A stretch of 64,000 nucleotides of DNA, taken from assembly GCA_053919585.1 (NCBI GenBank), contig CM132792.1. The stretch is one strand, 5' to 3'. Positions 50,309-63,317 of this stretch are shown here, piece by piece. This stretch comes from Euprymna scolopes. Lineage: Eukaryota. Position numbers and translations under genes: made by a program. Each line of letters begins with the position of its first letter. Position 1 is the first letter of the stretch. The notes under the pieces are model-generated. The model ran no database searches. It was not told the DNA's origin and worked only from the letters and a program-made list of their open reading frames with translations.

Positions 50309-53300
50309 GTTTATATATTTTATTGCTTTTAAAAATTTTGAAAATACAATTAAGTAAAAAACAAAAGATTTTTAAACAACAAAATTAGGCACAAGGCCCT
50401 ATAAGAAATTGGGGAGGGGAAGGGTTCAGGGTCTTTGTGACTAAAGTGATTAAAAGTAATAAATGTAGACTTTGGAGTCTTACTCTTGACTGGCAACATT
50501 TACCAAAATACCTCAGTCACTCTATGGATCTTAATCTAACTAATAAATCCCCAACATTTCAGAATCAAAAACATATAATTTTTAAACAGTTGTCTGTGTG
50601 TTTGTGTATGCATTTTTTTTTTTTAATTTTGTGTGTGCGTGTGTGTGTGTGTGTGTGCATGTGTGAAAAAATAAAATTCAATTTCATTAGAAAATAAAAA
50701 GTTTTTGAATTAAGAGAAAGATTGTTCGTGGAGTGGGGAAAACTAATCAAGTGTTCATATCAAAAACAAAAAATAAATCATACTGTGTTGTTAATGAGGC
50801 CCCCCTGTACTAATCTAGGTGACCAGACCCCCACTGTTTTCCGGGGAACCGATCCCTAATGGGGATTGCGGAAAATACCTTAATGGAAGTGGGAGAAAAC
50901 AAAGTAACAGGTGGAGGGGGTTTGGAAGGTGACCTCTGAGTAGGGGAGTGACCGGGGATGTTGAAAAAACAAGGATGTGGCACAAAGGGAATGGGCAGAC
51001 TCAGAGGTTCTCTAGTACCAAAAAATAAAATCAGGAACAGGATCTCATTTGTACCACCAGTCAAGAGTCTTCTTAAAATGACTTAGCTAGAATCTGAGCG
51101 GGATGGGTTCCGAAGGACCCAGCATCGCCCGTGCCATGCTTAAGGAGGGAACACGTATTGAAACTTGGCTCCTCGACGGATGCACAGACTAGTGCTGTGC
51201 ACCCACCTTTTGTCAAATTCCACTCAAGGCAACCTCCTCCAATCGCATCTGATCTTTACTTTAAGCAAATGTTTAAAGTAAACGATCAGATCCCGATCCG
51301 GAACAGATGTCCCTTCGTGGACCAACTTGAGGTGCGTGATTCAAATCACCATGCGCGCTACTGCCAGGATCACCAGGAAAATCATTCTTTCATCCCTGGG
51401 GAACGGCGGCTCCATGTTGTACACAAAATAACCTTCGTCGAGATCGAGCGGACATTCGGCATCGATGCGAGCCGTTACCTCTCCGACGTACTCCAATAAG
51501 GGCTGGATCCGGCTGCAACTAAAAAACGCGTGCTGGATCGTTTCGGGCTCACGTTCGTCACAGCGCGGACAGAAGCCCCTCATATGTTCTTTATACCGGC
51601 AGAGTTTGTCGAAGGGGCAGCGCGTTTCGGACCAGTCTCCAGGTGAGGGAAAATTCCGAGTTGTTCAGAACCTCCCGTCCCGGCGCCCAACTCCACTGAG
51701 AACGGACAACCTCCATCGACCATCCCATCCGCCTACAAAGTGGATCCTTTGCGGCCCCCTCCACTAGGTCCCGTTAAAGTTTCTTTCTTGGCTAATCGAG
51801 GACACTAGTCCCTGGCAAAGCTCTAAGAGCGGTCCGGCATTCTACGACGACCTTCTACCGAGGGGTTGGGTTTGAGATTGGGAAACGAGTTCTCAACCAT
51901 AGGGCCCAAGCGAACGACCCAGGAAAGCCAATCTCTCGGCATTTCTATGACACAAGAGACTGGGCTGACCCAAGCCTCCCTCGCTCGGACTCTGGACACA
52001 GACCTCTCTGCAGACATAATGCTTACCATCGTTCCACAATAGTGAATCGAGGCGCCCTTACAAGCGGGTTAGTCGTTCTGCAGGGAGAGGAAGTACAGAC
52101 AATCGGTAAAGAATGAGCGGAAAGACGTATGTAGCACACGGCTCTGCCCGACCCTTCAAGGACAATTTCCTTCCAATCCAAGTCTTCACCGACGATTTGA
52201 CCTTGCCATATATTTCCGACCAATTCTTTTCAAGCTGAAGTCCCGGTCCAAACCAGACACCGAGAATGCGGACCGGTCCATCGGTCCAGCTGAAAATACT
52301 TGGAAGTGAGTTTACCCCGGTCCAGGCCCTCAACTGCAGGCCGACAGACTTGCTGCGGGTTAAGATGGCCCCTGTGACTTCTTTGTATCAAGCGAGCGCC
52401 TCAACCACCGCTTTGTCCTCTGCTGGCGTTCTTGCAGCAGCCTTTTCCTCTAGGTTGCCCTCGTGGGGAGGGGTCTCCACGGGCTGCGGCCCTACCTCTC
52501 CCTTCTTTTCCAGGGTTGCCGTGGGCTGCGGCCCTACCCTGTCGTCTGCTTCCTTCTTTTCCAGGAGCTGGGGTTTTGCTCCCTTTTCGGGGGATTCCTC
52601 TAGCGGGGCGATGTTCCGCATTGGGACCGGTATGGTCCGCCTGCCTGGCATCGTGGTGGTGGAACTACTGGCCGCTGACGTGGACCAAAGTGTAGCGGGG
52701 AGAAAAGAAAACCCAGGGGAATGGAGGGGGAGGAGCGGGCTCAGAAGAGATTAGTGTTTTTTATCTCCCCTCACAGGGGTGTCGGGTTAGCAGCTCGAAT
52801 CCCCCCGCGAGGGGGGAGAGCAGAGAAGAAAGACGCAGTGGGTGCTAGTGGGTCAGAGTTTCGCGTCGCAATTAAGAGAGAGAGAGGGGATAGACATCTC
52901 GGCCCACAGAGGGGAGCAGAAACGAAGGACCCGCCCTATCCCCACTAACTACCCAATGGAAGCGAGAAAGAGAACCTTGTCTGCTCGATCCAATGGGAGA
53001 GCAGCGAAAATAGACTCAGTTTTGGCCTGGCAGGTTAGAGTGCTGCTCAGGCAATTAAGTGGTGAGAAAGTAGACCATCCCCTTTCTCTTGAGGAAAGAG
53101 ACCGAAACGAAGAAAAAACATGCAAAACGGAAAAAACCAAAAGGAAGGTCTCAACTACCAGCTAGTGGTGTTGGTCCCGATATTCCAGTCTCCCAAAAAA
53201 GGGGATTGGTTTTCGGGTCCATGCTCCCACAAATGTTGAGTCGGTCCTTTAGGTCCTGACTCCCCAGAGAAGGGGGTCGGTCCTTGCTAACAAAAGTTAG

Positions 53301-53360
53301 TATGAAAAAACACCTTAACCTAGCCCGAGAGCCCGATGGTGGATTAAGTTTCGTAGCTGA
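50309..53360 (-). mobile_element. Tx1-clade LINE with internal deletion (ORF1 remnant, RT end, zf-RVT, 3' UTR)
   Basis: PVRILGVWFG, W..RKLSLKGR, CPRCDEREPETIQHAFFSC, ILAVARMVI; ORF1-like Pro/Glu-rich piece at 52388-52700 joined directly to late RT. Confidence 0.8.
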
Positions 53361-53374
53361 GAGAACAGATACTA

Positions 53375-54098
53375 AACTTATTAAATCCTTTATTCATGTT
53401 AAAAATACATTGAAAATCAACAATGAACAAAAAACTTAGGCACATGGCCAACTCAAAAGGAGGGATTGTGGGTGTCGTTGGTCATCCTTGTCACTCCAGA
53501 ACTAAACAAAATCAAAAAAGTAGGACCCTCCCAACCCCGTCTAGTTGATAGACTGCCCGTTCCACTAGGTTTGTAAAAGGAACCTGGCTTCTGCGGGTCA
53601 GTCTCTAAGTGGGGATACCCTCTAGATGGGGGTGAATGGAGAAAAGAAAATTTTGTGGTTAAGGAATGGGGGTTAGTTTATATTTCTTTCTCTCCAAGAT
53701 GAGTGAAATTTAGAGGAGGGGGTGAAAACAAAAGTTGCAAGAAAGAGGGGGTGGGGATCTTGGAGGCTTCCTAATCAGGGAGGGATGGAACACACAATCA
53801 GCTAGCTGAGAGGCTATTTGTTAAATTTTACTTTACGGAACTGCGCGTTCCACACCTAGGCATGGAACACATATTCAAATTTGGCTCCTCTTCGTACATA
53901 CAGACTTGCTACATGTATCCATCTTCTGTCAAATGCCGCGCGATACAGCCTTCTTCTATCACATCTGATCTTCACCCGTAGTTGGTGTTTAAAGAAAGTG
54001 ATCAGATCCTGATCAGAAAAAGACAACACTCCCCGGCAACCTTGCAGACGCGACGTCCAAATCACCATTCTCGCCACGGCCAGGATTGTAACGTAGAC
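53375..54098 (-). mobile_element. Tx1-clade LINE 3' end, cut by the hAT
   Basis: ILAVARMVIW..LITFFKHQLRVKIRCDRRRL..FDRRW, homologous to 51150-51370. Confidence 0.8.
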
Positions 54099-57000
54099 CA
54101 GGGGTCGGCAACCTTTTGTTTAGCGTGTGCCGACTTAGGGTTTCAAATTATTCAGCGTGCCAACATTTATTATTTATAACGATCAAGGTCAATATACCTG
54201 TTCTCTATATTTATTTCATAAAATATATAATAATGTCAAAGTTTATAAATAATGTGAAAAAACTGTTTCTGAAAAGTTTTTATTATTAATGGGACCCTTG
54301 TCCTTGCATGGTCTTTGCCAATTCCTCAATGTCGGGAACATACTTTGTAACTTTGAGCTTAACACAGTTTTCTGAATGTTCAGGTGTTAGACGACTTCGA
54401 CGTGGAGACAACACTGCTTTCATGTGAGAGAAAATTTGCTCACAAGAATAAGTTGAACCAAAAGCTGAGAGAAGAGCAAAAGCAATTTTCTTCAAACAGA
54501 TGAATGAGCTTGGGAGGGAGATCCAACAGTTCAGAATAGCACCAGACTTTTCAAAATTTTCATCTTCCAGAGACTTTCTTAGTTCAGCAAATTTTAATGT
54601 CCATATTTCTGAAGACCTAAATTCAATCTGTTGCATTTCAAAATCATCAATGTCCATCCAGCTAAAAAGTTCCAGTTGGGCATTTGTCAAATCAAGCATG
54701 TCGGGCTTAATCAGATATGAAAATAAGGATCCATGAATGTAGAAGTCCTGGCTTCGTTTTTCGAATTCTGCTTTGAGTGCTTTCACGTACTCCTGAAGCT
54801 CATCTGTGTTCACTTCGAATTGATTTGCATGATTTTTCACATTTGGAAAGTACTTAAATGCTTTGATGTTGATGTCACGGGTAAAAATGTCAAGTTTCAT
54901 TGTAAACGCTTTCCAATAGCTGAAAAGATCAAGGACTGTTTGTCCCTGTCCTTGTAATTTCAAATTAAGCTCATTCAAATGTGTGTTTATGTCGGTCATA
55001 AACATCAACTTCAACAACCAGCTTTCATCATTCAGCTGAGGGAATCGTTTCTGTTTTTCATCAAGAAACATCTTAATAGCCTCAAGACAACAAACAAATC
55101 TAGCTAAAACTTTGCCTCGACTAAGCCAGCGAACATTGTTGTATAACAGAAGATCTCCATATTCACACTCAACTTCTTGTAGAAGCGATTTGAATTGCCT
55201 GTGAACCAATGAAGAGCGAGAAATAAGAAAGTTGATTATCTCAACAACAGTTTTCATCACAGAGACCAAATCCAAAGACGAGGTCTTTGCACATAAGCCC
55301 TCCTGATGTATAATACAATGAAAACTTAACAGTTTGCGTCCAACATGATTTTCCAGAAGTTTTACAAATCCTTTCTTCTTGCCAACCATTGCAGCAGCAC
55401 CATCGGTTGTTACGCAGAATAATTTGTTCAAGTTAATGTCTTGTTTAGAAAAATAACCAGTAAATGCACACAAAATATCTTCTGCTTTGGTTGTATCATG
55501 AAGGGGTAATAAACAACACAACTCCTCATAAATGTGATTATTCTCGAGATATCTTGCAACCACTGCTAGGCGAGACGCATCGTTTACATCGGTGCTTTCA
55601 TCAAGAGCGACACTAAATACAAGGGATTGCTTTAATCCAGTTGTTTGCTTAGTTGTCACATTTTCAGCCAAGTCAGATATGCGCCTCTCAACTGATCTTG
55701 CAGAGACTGGTATTTCTCTAATTCGAGAGAGTATAATGTCCTTATTTTTTAAATCACGAAACAAAACTTCAGCACCACTCAAAAAAGCTTCTTTGATGTA
55801 TTCACCATCTGTAAAAGGTTTACCATTTAAAGCCACACACTGGGCTATTTTGTAACTACATTCAGTAGCTTTACTCTTCATTCCAACAGCTTGGCTCAAA
55901 ATAACAGTTTGTTTTTTGAAACCAGAAATAGCTTTTTTGATGGCTTCACCTTTTTCTTCTGAAGTTTTAAACTTAGATTGATGTTTGGTTTGAAAGTGCC
56001 TTTGTACACTAGATGTGCGACACACAACACTTTCGCAACAGAAAGCACAAACAGCACGATCCTTTTGTTCCACAAATCCATATTCTATTGTCCAATTGTC
56101 TTGAAATGGGCGATGATCAAGTTTTCTTTTCTTTTCAGTCATATCTAACAGCAGGGGTATTCTGAAAATATAAATAGGCCTAATTACGTAAACATCAATT
56201 ATGATATATATAAAATACCAAACAAATTATTCTTGCCTTTGCTGTGGGAGAACCAGGATACATTTTAATAAAAATTGTGGAGAAAAATTATGTACAGGGT
56301 GTCCCAGAAAAAGTCTAAAGGTTTTGATTAGCTCGAGCTAGGATCCTATTCGTGCGTGGCATTCACAATTTAAAAAAAATATTTCATCCACGTATTCCTC
56401 CAATCATACCATTTTGTTTAGTATGAAGATGATCGAAATTGCTCATCTCTTCTAATCCCAGTTACGAGCTTGAAAATTAAAAGTACAATTTCAAGAATTT
56501 GAAAGGCAATTATACCTTATCTTGTATTCATATTCTGACCACTGAACAATTCTGTAACTCTAGCACCCTTCCTAAATTTAACACCCCTCAATTTCAAACA
56601 GCAAATAAAATGTTTAAAATTAATAATTTTCAAAATTTTTTTAGCTCATTGTGTTTAGGAAAGATTTTTCTTAAAGAAAAGTAAAACTTTTTAAAATAAA
56701 ATCTCATAATTAATTTTATCGTAAAAAATATCACAAAAAAGTCAAAGCTTCCTTACTGCGCGTGAGCGTTTTCACGTAATAGTTTCAATTTCAATTTGTA
56801 AATTTGTAAATTCTTGAAAATTTTCTATGATTTTAAAAATCAATAATTTTTTTTCTATTCATCAAATCCTTTTCATTTTTTCAGATTTTATGTAAAATTC
56901 TACGCTCTTTCGAATGGAAATAAAATTATTTTCTGAAAAATTCATTTTCATACTTCTTTAATTTATTTTTACCCCCCCTCTGTCTAAAAGTATGAAAGTA

Positions 57001-58737
57001 TGAATTTCTATTAAAAATTCGTCTCGGAACACTCTAATTTATATCTTTATTTAAAGATCATAAAAAAATGAATAAAATAATGTGTTGTTTTTTTTTAAAC
57101 CTTTATCCCTTCATTTTGAAAATAAACGCTAAAGTTTAAAATATGTACATTCTTTTATTTTTTAAAAAAGATTTATGAGCTGTGTAATTTTTTTATTTTT
57201 ATCATGCTAAAAAAATTAAAGTTTCTTTAGTCTTTCCCTTAAAATTAAATTTGCTCTTTCGAAGATCTGCTAAAATAGCTATTTTATCTGTATCGGAACA
57301 CTTAGTAAATGTTACGAAAAAAAAAAAACCATGTAAAAATATTTAAAAACAAAAAAAAAATATAAACTGAAAGTTATCCCTTCTATTTATAATCATTATT
57401 TAAAGCTTAAAGTACTCACAACAAACATTCTCCTTTTTTCAAATAGAGTCCACATGTTTTTAATCTCTCTTAGAGCTGATGACAGATTTATGACAAGCTT
57501 AGTGAAAGAAAGGGTAAGTGGTAAGTTAGAGAGTTACAGTATAGGGAGATAACAAAAATGGAAGTTTGTTTTGTTTTGGTAAGCTTTAACCCCAAAATGA
57601 CCCATTGCCAGTCATCGTCTCTTCACAAGGGATGGTAAATAGTGTCATTTAGTGTGAAAAAAGGAGGGGTTTTACATATTGTTCCAGAACATTATAATCA
57701 TTTCTCACTCTTTCTCTCTCTTTCTGCTAAACGAACGACAGACAGACAGCCAGACAGATATTGAAAAAAAAATGACTACCAAAAAATAATTTGTTTCCTA
57801 ATAAGGTTTATCATATTTTGAATATGGTAGCATATACTTAGTTTCATTACAAAACTTAAATAATAATAAAAAGCTAAAAACAAAAGTTTTATAATTACAA
57901 ATAAAAATTTATATACTTTTCTTAACTTTTTTTCCGGCATTGTTTTTTTATTTGTATAAATATTAAAATAAATTTAAACAAAAACAAATAAACTCCATGT
58001 TACACGTGTTGTTATTATCACTGGTAAGTGTTTTATTTTAATTAAGATAATCATAGTCAAAAGATTTTTTGGTTTACATATACACTTTTTATAATTTCAA
58101 GTTAAATTTTATATACACTTCAAGGCATCCGTAGATTTCAAATGTCAGCGCTGCTGCTGATGTAAACAAAACTTCCGGCGATTCGTTGAAATTTTGGGCG
58201 GATTTTATCAACCTATCTCTGAAAATATTGCTTTAATTTCCAAATTTATGAATTCTTGATTATTTTTATTGTTGATTTTTGTAGAGGAATCATTCATTTA
58301 CTTAATGGTCATTTATTTTCGTCTGATAAGTTACTTTTTATATATTTATTAGATTTTTTTATTATGATTTTTGACTAAATTTTACATTTGCAACTCTCTC
58401 ACGCTACGTTGTATTTCATCTGGGTCGGTGAGACTGAGTCACCAGACTCAATTCAAAACGCATTTCAAAATTATAGTATCTGACAGAACATACTTTGAAC
58501 GAGCATGGAGCATCTAACGCCTACGGTTCGCACGGACAAAAATAAAACGCGTTTTCTTGTTGTGGGCATGCACTTAGGTGGCAAGAGTACGCAAGAGATC
58601 ACAGATATCCTCATAATTCCAAGGAGAACTGTTTCCTTTTGGCTGTATGAAGTTTAAAAGATTTGGAGGCTCGGCGTGCCATTAGAATTGCTTGGCGTGC
58701 CACCTGTGGCACGCGTGCCGTAGGTTGCCGACCCCTG
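54099..58737 (-). mobile_element. hAT transposon (Buster/SPIN-like) with perfect 16-bp TIRs
   Basis: CAGGGGTCGGCAACCT at 54099-54114 and its inverse at 58722-58737. Confidence 0.93.
54286..56142 (-). CDS. Intact hAT transposase, 618 aa
   Basis: BED-like CAFC..RHFQTKH, ALDESTD, VTTDGA, HCIIH, VRWLSRG, FGSTYSCEQIFS, RSRL. Confidence 0.95.
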   Translation of the reverse strand: MTEKKRKLDHRPFQDNWTIEYGFVEQKDRAVCAFCCESVVCRTSSVQRHFQTKHQSKFKTSEEKGEAIKKAISGFKKQTVILSQAVGMKSKATECSYKIAQCVALNGKPFTDGEYIKEAFLSGAEVLFRDLKNKDIILSRIREIPVSARSVERRISDLAENVTTKQTTGLKQSLVFSVALDESTDVNDASRLAVVARYLENNHIYEELCCLLPLHDTTKAEDILCAFTGYFSKQDINLNKLFCVTTDGAAAMVGKKKGFVKLLENHVGRKLLSFHCIIHQEGLCAKTSSLDLVSVMKTVVEIINFLISRSSLVHRQFKSLLQEVECEYGDLLLYNNVRWLSRGKVLARFVCCLEAIKMFLDEKQKRFPQLNDESWLLKLMFMTDINTHLNELNLKLQGQGQTVLDLFSYWKAFTMKLDIFTRDINIKAFKYFPNVKNHANQFEVNTDELQEYVKALKAEFEKRSQDFYIHGSLFSYLIKPDMLDLTNAQLELFSWMDIDDFEMQQIEFRSSEIWTLKFAELRKSLEDENFEKSGAILNCWISLPSSFICLKKIAFALLSAFGSTYSCEQIFSHMKAVLSPRRSRLTPEHSENCVKLKVTKYVPDIEELAKTMQGQGSH

Positions 58738-61700
58738 GTCTAGGACATTCAAAGGAAGGGTCAGAGATGAAACATGGTCCGTTAAGCCAAGCTGTGGTCG
58801 AGAGCTGGGTGGCAGGTACCGATCTGGTTCCGCAGTCAGCTGGGTTCTTGTCTGTGGGCACATAGTGCCACTGCTTTGGCTGTGATGAGCTGCGAATGCG
58901 TCGTACTCGGTTGCTGACGTACACGTAAAAGCGCCGTTGCTCATTGTTTATATAGCCAAGGATGACCTTGCTATCGGTAAAAAATAGGGTTGAGTTGATT
59001 TGGATATCCAGCTCCGAGATAACCATCTCGGCTAATTCTACTGCGAGGACCGCTGCACACAGTTCCAATCAGAGAATCGAGACCTCAGGTTGTGGGGCTA
59101 ATTTGGACTTACCCATGGTAAATTCCACCTCACAAGTGCCATCCGGGTAAAGGATTCTCAGGTAAGCCACTGCGGCTATAGCCTTAGTGGAGGCGTCTGA
59201 GAATATGCATAGTTGTTTGCAGAGAGCACCAGTTGGAGACCTACGAGTATAGGGTCTTGATATCTGTAGTTCCCGTAATGCTTGAAGGGAGTTGCGCCAG
59301 TTCGTCCAATGTTGTTCTTTCTGAGGTGGTAAGGGAGTGTCCCAGTCGAAACTGTCTGCCATCAATTCGCGCAAAATAAGTTTACCCTGAATGATGACAG
59401 GTGCCACAAAGCCGAGGGGATCGTACAGACTGTTGATTGTGGACAGGACGCCCCTGCGCGTGTACGGCTTCTTCTCTTGTGAGACGTTGAAACTGAAACA
59501 GTCGCTTTTTGGGTTCCAATCCAATCCTAGGCTGCGTTGCATTGGTATTGTATCTTCATCGAGATCTAGATCTCTGACACCAGTAGCGAGATCTTCAGAA
59601 GGGAAGGCATCGAGAACCTCTTTTCTATTTGACGTTATTTTATGTAACCTCAAGTTGGAGGCTGAGAGGGCTTTGCGCGTTTTTTTCAGCAGGGAGATGG
59701 CCTCTGCGGTTGTAGCCACTGACTTGAGACCATCATCCACGTAGAAGTCTCGCTGGATGTATTTAACAACTGCTGGATCATTCTCCCCCTCCACGGACTT
59801 TCTAAGACAATAAGTTGCCACAGCTGGAGATGGTCTATTTCCGAACACATGAACCTTCATTCTATACTCAATAATTCTCTGGGTTGGATCATTGTTTTTG
59901 TACCAAAGAAAGCGTAAGAGGTCTCGGTGTTCCTTCTTTACAAAGAAGCAAAAGAACATTTGTTCTATGTCGGCCATGAATGCCACAGGTTCTTGTCGAA
60001 AACGGAGGAGGACTCCGACTAAGTTGTTGGTTAGGTCTGGTCCAGTCAGCAGGTTCTCATTTAGGGACCTGTCCATATGTTGGGCACTGGAGTCAAACAC
60101 GACTCTTATCTTATGCGGCTTTTTGGGGTGATAAACTCCAAACATGGGCAAGTACCACATTTCTTTGTTGCTTGGCAGTGGAAGAGCTACCTCTGCCTGT
60201 TCCTTTTCGAATATTCCCTTCATGAAGGAGAAGAAGTCTTGTTTTAACTGTGGCTTCCTTTCGAACTGGCGAAGGAGTGAATGGAGGCGTTTAACAGCTT
60301 GAGGCTTGTTATTTGGTAATCGGCGACGGTATGGCTTGAGAGGAAGGGGTGCTACCCAACTACCATTGTCATCCTTTCTTACTTCCTCCTTCATGATCTC
60401 GATGAAGGTTTCGTCTTCTATTGAGTGGGTCAGCTGCTCGTCGTTTGCCGATAGTTGAAAGACTGAATGCCCCATCTCCGTTTTATGGAATGTGTCCTTG
60501 GCCTGAAATGAACAGGGGCATCTTTCAAAGTTGGTTGATCGACCACGTACTTCACCCTTGGTGAAGAAGGTGTTTACAATAGAGGGCCTGTGAGTTCCTC
60601 CGAGACACACGTCACCCACTATCACCCAGCCCATGTCTAGCCGTTGAGCGTAAGGTCCGTTCTGAGGACCATTAACTTGGGCGCGAACCTTGTGGACATC
60701 AATTATGTCGCGGCCCAAGAGAATCCAGATGGGAGCCGTGTCATCCAAATCCGGAATCTCTTCTGTGATGTGCGACAGGTGTTTGTGATAGCGAGCTGCT
60801 TCGGGTGTAGGGATCTCTGACCGGTTGTCTGGTATGTCGGCGCACTCAATCAGCGTAGGAAGTGGTAGATTTGATTTGCCGTCCAATGATTCTACCCTAT
60901 ATCCTTGCGCTCTCCTACCAGATGTTTCCGTGAAGCCAGCGCAAGTCCTCAGCGAATACGCCGATATGGGTCCGTTGTCGTGAAAGACTTTAAAGAATTC
61001 CGGATGTGCCATTGGCCGGTTACTGTGCTCGTCAATCACTGCATACATCCTTTTTGCCTTGACCCTTTGTCCTTCTGGGTAAACTCTGACTAGACAGATC
61101 TTTGCGCAGGAGCTCTTGTTTTGGTTTTTGCCGCATACCTCTGTACAATGGGTTTCGACATTATGTCTCTCCCCGCCGTGGTGAGGCATGGTGTTAGCAG
61201 GCGATGAGTTCTGCGCGGGACATGGATGAAGAACAGTGTTGTGTTCGTTGCTGCCACATTCTTCACATACACCGCCATGTTCGCAGTTCTTGGCCGTGTG
61301 ACTAGACGAGCAGCAACGAAAGCAGAGATGGTTTTGAACCAAATACGCCTTTCTGTCCTCCAGGGCTTTTTGTCTGAAAGCTCGGCAGGCGCTCAGTGGG
61401 TGTGGCAGTTTGTGTATGGGGCATGCCTCATTTATAGCCCCGGGTGTGACTTGGGTCTTGTTGATAGAGACGTGGTTCCTTCCCTTGGAATATCTCTCTA
61501 TCCTTCCGGTAGGGTGGGTCTCATCCTCGAAGCAAAAACCTGGGTCGTTCCGGTCGTCTGCTTGTTGTTCGACGAATTGTGCAAAGACCGCAAACGGGGG
61601 AAAGGGCACCTGGTGTTTCCGTTTAAATGCAGTGCCGTGGGTAGTCCACTGCTCTCTTAGGTTAAAGGGAAGCTTCTCTACTATGGACTTAAGGCCTTTG

Positions 61701-62800
61701 GCAGTGTCCAAGAGCCTCAGCCCAGGAAGTCCACTGTCATCCTTGGCAGCCTGCAGTTCTGTGAGGAGGTCACTAAATTCCCTCAGTCGATGGTAATCTC
61801 GGCCGATGCGAGGGAACTGATTTATTTTTTCAAAGAGGGAATCCTCAATGGCCTCCGGAGACTCATAACATTTGTCTAGGCGCTTCCAAATTTCCTGGAG
61901 ACCCTTGTCGGGATTGTTTATGTGGGCATTCCTCAGACGCTTTGCGTGTTGAGCAGACGCAGGTCCCAACCATCTCACCAGCATGTCCATTTCGTCGCTG
62001 GGTTTTAGTGTCACATCACCAAAGGAGTTGCAGAAGGAACGTTTCCAAGCTCTGTAATCCTTGGCTTGGTCAGTGAAATTCACCATGCTTTGGCATATAT
62101 GTTCCCGCATGGTGAAGTGGCGCATAATCTCTTTGGTGCTGTCACCATTTTCTGTGTTGACACGCTCCTGATGAGTTGGGTGATATATATTTAGACCTTG
62201 GCAGAAGGTGTCGGGAATTTCTTTTTGGGGGAGTTTTAGACATTCTTGTGTCTTAGGTGGTTCAAATGGTGCTGCTGTAGGTGACAGCATTTGTACTCCC
62301 TTGACTAGTTTTTCCACGTAGTCTTGTGTGCGCTGTATGGGGTCGGCAGGCTCTTGGTCGATGATAATACTGGATCTGCTAGATCCTAGGTCACTGGCCG
62401 CTCGCTCCGACCCAAGGAAGGCCCTGGCTGCAGCCTCCTTCATGGCCACCTCTCTTTCGGCTTCCAGTAGTCGTTCTTCCGACTCCATCTTTGCTTGTGT
62501 TTGAAGCCAAGCCTCCCTAAGCTTGTTCTGTCTGTGGGTGAACTGTAAATTGGTTCTGGCCATTTCTAGTTCTGCTATGACCTTAGATGAGGTGGTGGAG
62601 GAGGACACCCTTGAGCGAGTCCGATAGGAGGACGATGACCTTTTGTCCATTGCTGGGTAGTCCGATATCACACGTGTGTTCTAACACAGAATTTAGGAAG
62701 GGGTTGGCTGTGTAAAAGATAGAAGAGACGGTGTCTGGAACGCCGAAATTTAATGGCCCTGTATCCGCTTCTAGCCTGGAGCGAGTAACTAAAATTTTAC
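58738..62800 (-). mobile_element. BEL/Pao copy 2 (gag-pro-RT-RH), truncated at the hAT TIR; related to copy 1
   Basis: 1200-aa ORF 59069-62671 colinear with copy 1; continues in frame past a TGA into LELCAA..NPAD. Confidence 0.95.
59069..62671 (-). pseudogene. BEL gag-pol polyprotein with premature stop, integrase missing
   Basis: Three Zn knuckles, IDEHSN protease-like site, FYVDDGL, FSDAS; stop within the IPRLEL motif. Confidence 0.9.
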
Positions 62801-63229
62801 TGTGCTGCCCTCCCCAAAAATGCCATTGACATTTGGTTTCGACAGCCAGCATAAACTCGGAAACACCGAAAGAAAAACCAATTCCATTTATAGTGGAAAG
62901 GGAAATTTATTCCGGGAAACAATAATAAGTCACGTTGCGACGCAGAAGGAAAAAATAAGTAGAATAAAGAGAAGGAAAGAAAAGGGGGCTAGCTACATAA
63001 CACATGGAAAATTCGCGTACGGTTCTAAGTTAGTGGTTAATTGACAAATGGTAGAAAAAATATGAATGAATTAATATTGAACTTAATAGCAAAAATAGTT
63101 GGAGAATTGAAGTGAAACAAGACTTACTAGTTAATCTCACACTCAGGGTTGAAGAAGGAAGAAGCGCGTGCGAAGCTTCCAAGTTGCACTAGTTAAAAAA
63201 CCCGCGGAAGCGCCGGTCACGTGGAGACA
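62801..63229 (-). repeat. Probable 5' LTR of BEL copy 2
   Basis: TGTCTC...GGGCAGCACA|GTAAAA on minus; 429 bp versus 436 bp for copy 1. Confidence 0.6.
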
Positions 63230-63317
63230 ACGATCCTTATTATTTAAAGAAATAGAATGAATCTTTCGGAAATAGATTGTTAAGCTGAAGGGGAATTAAC
63301 GACAGAAAAAGCTTCAT

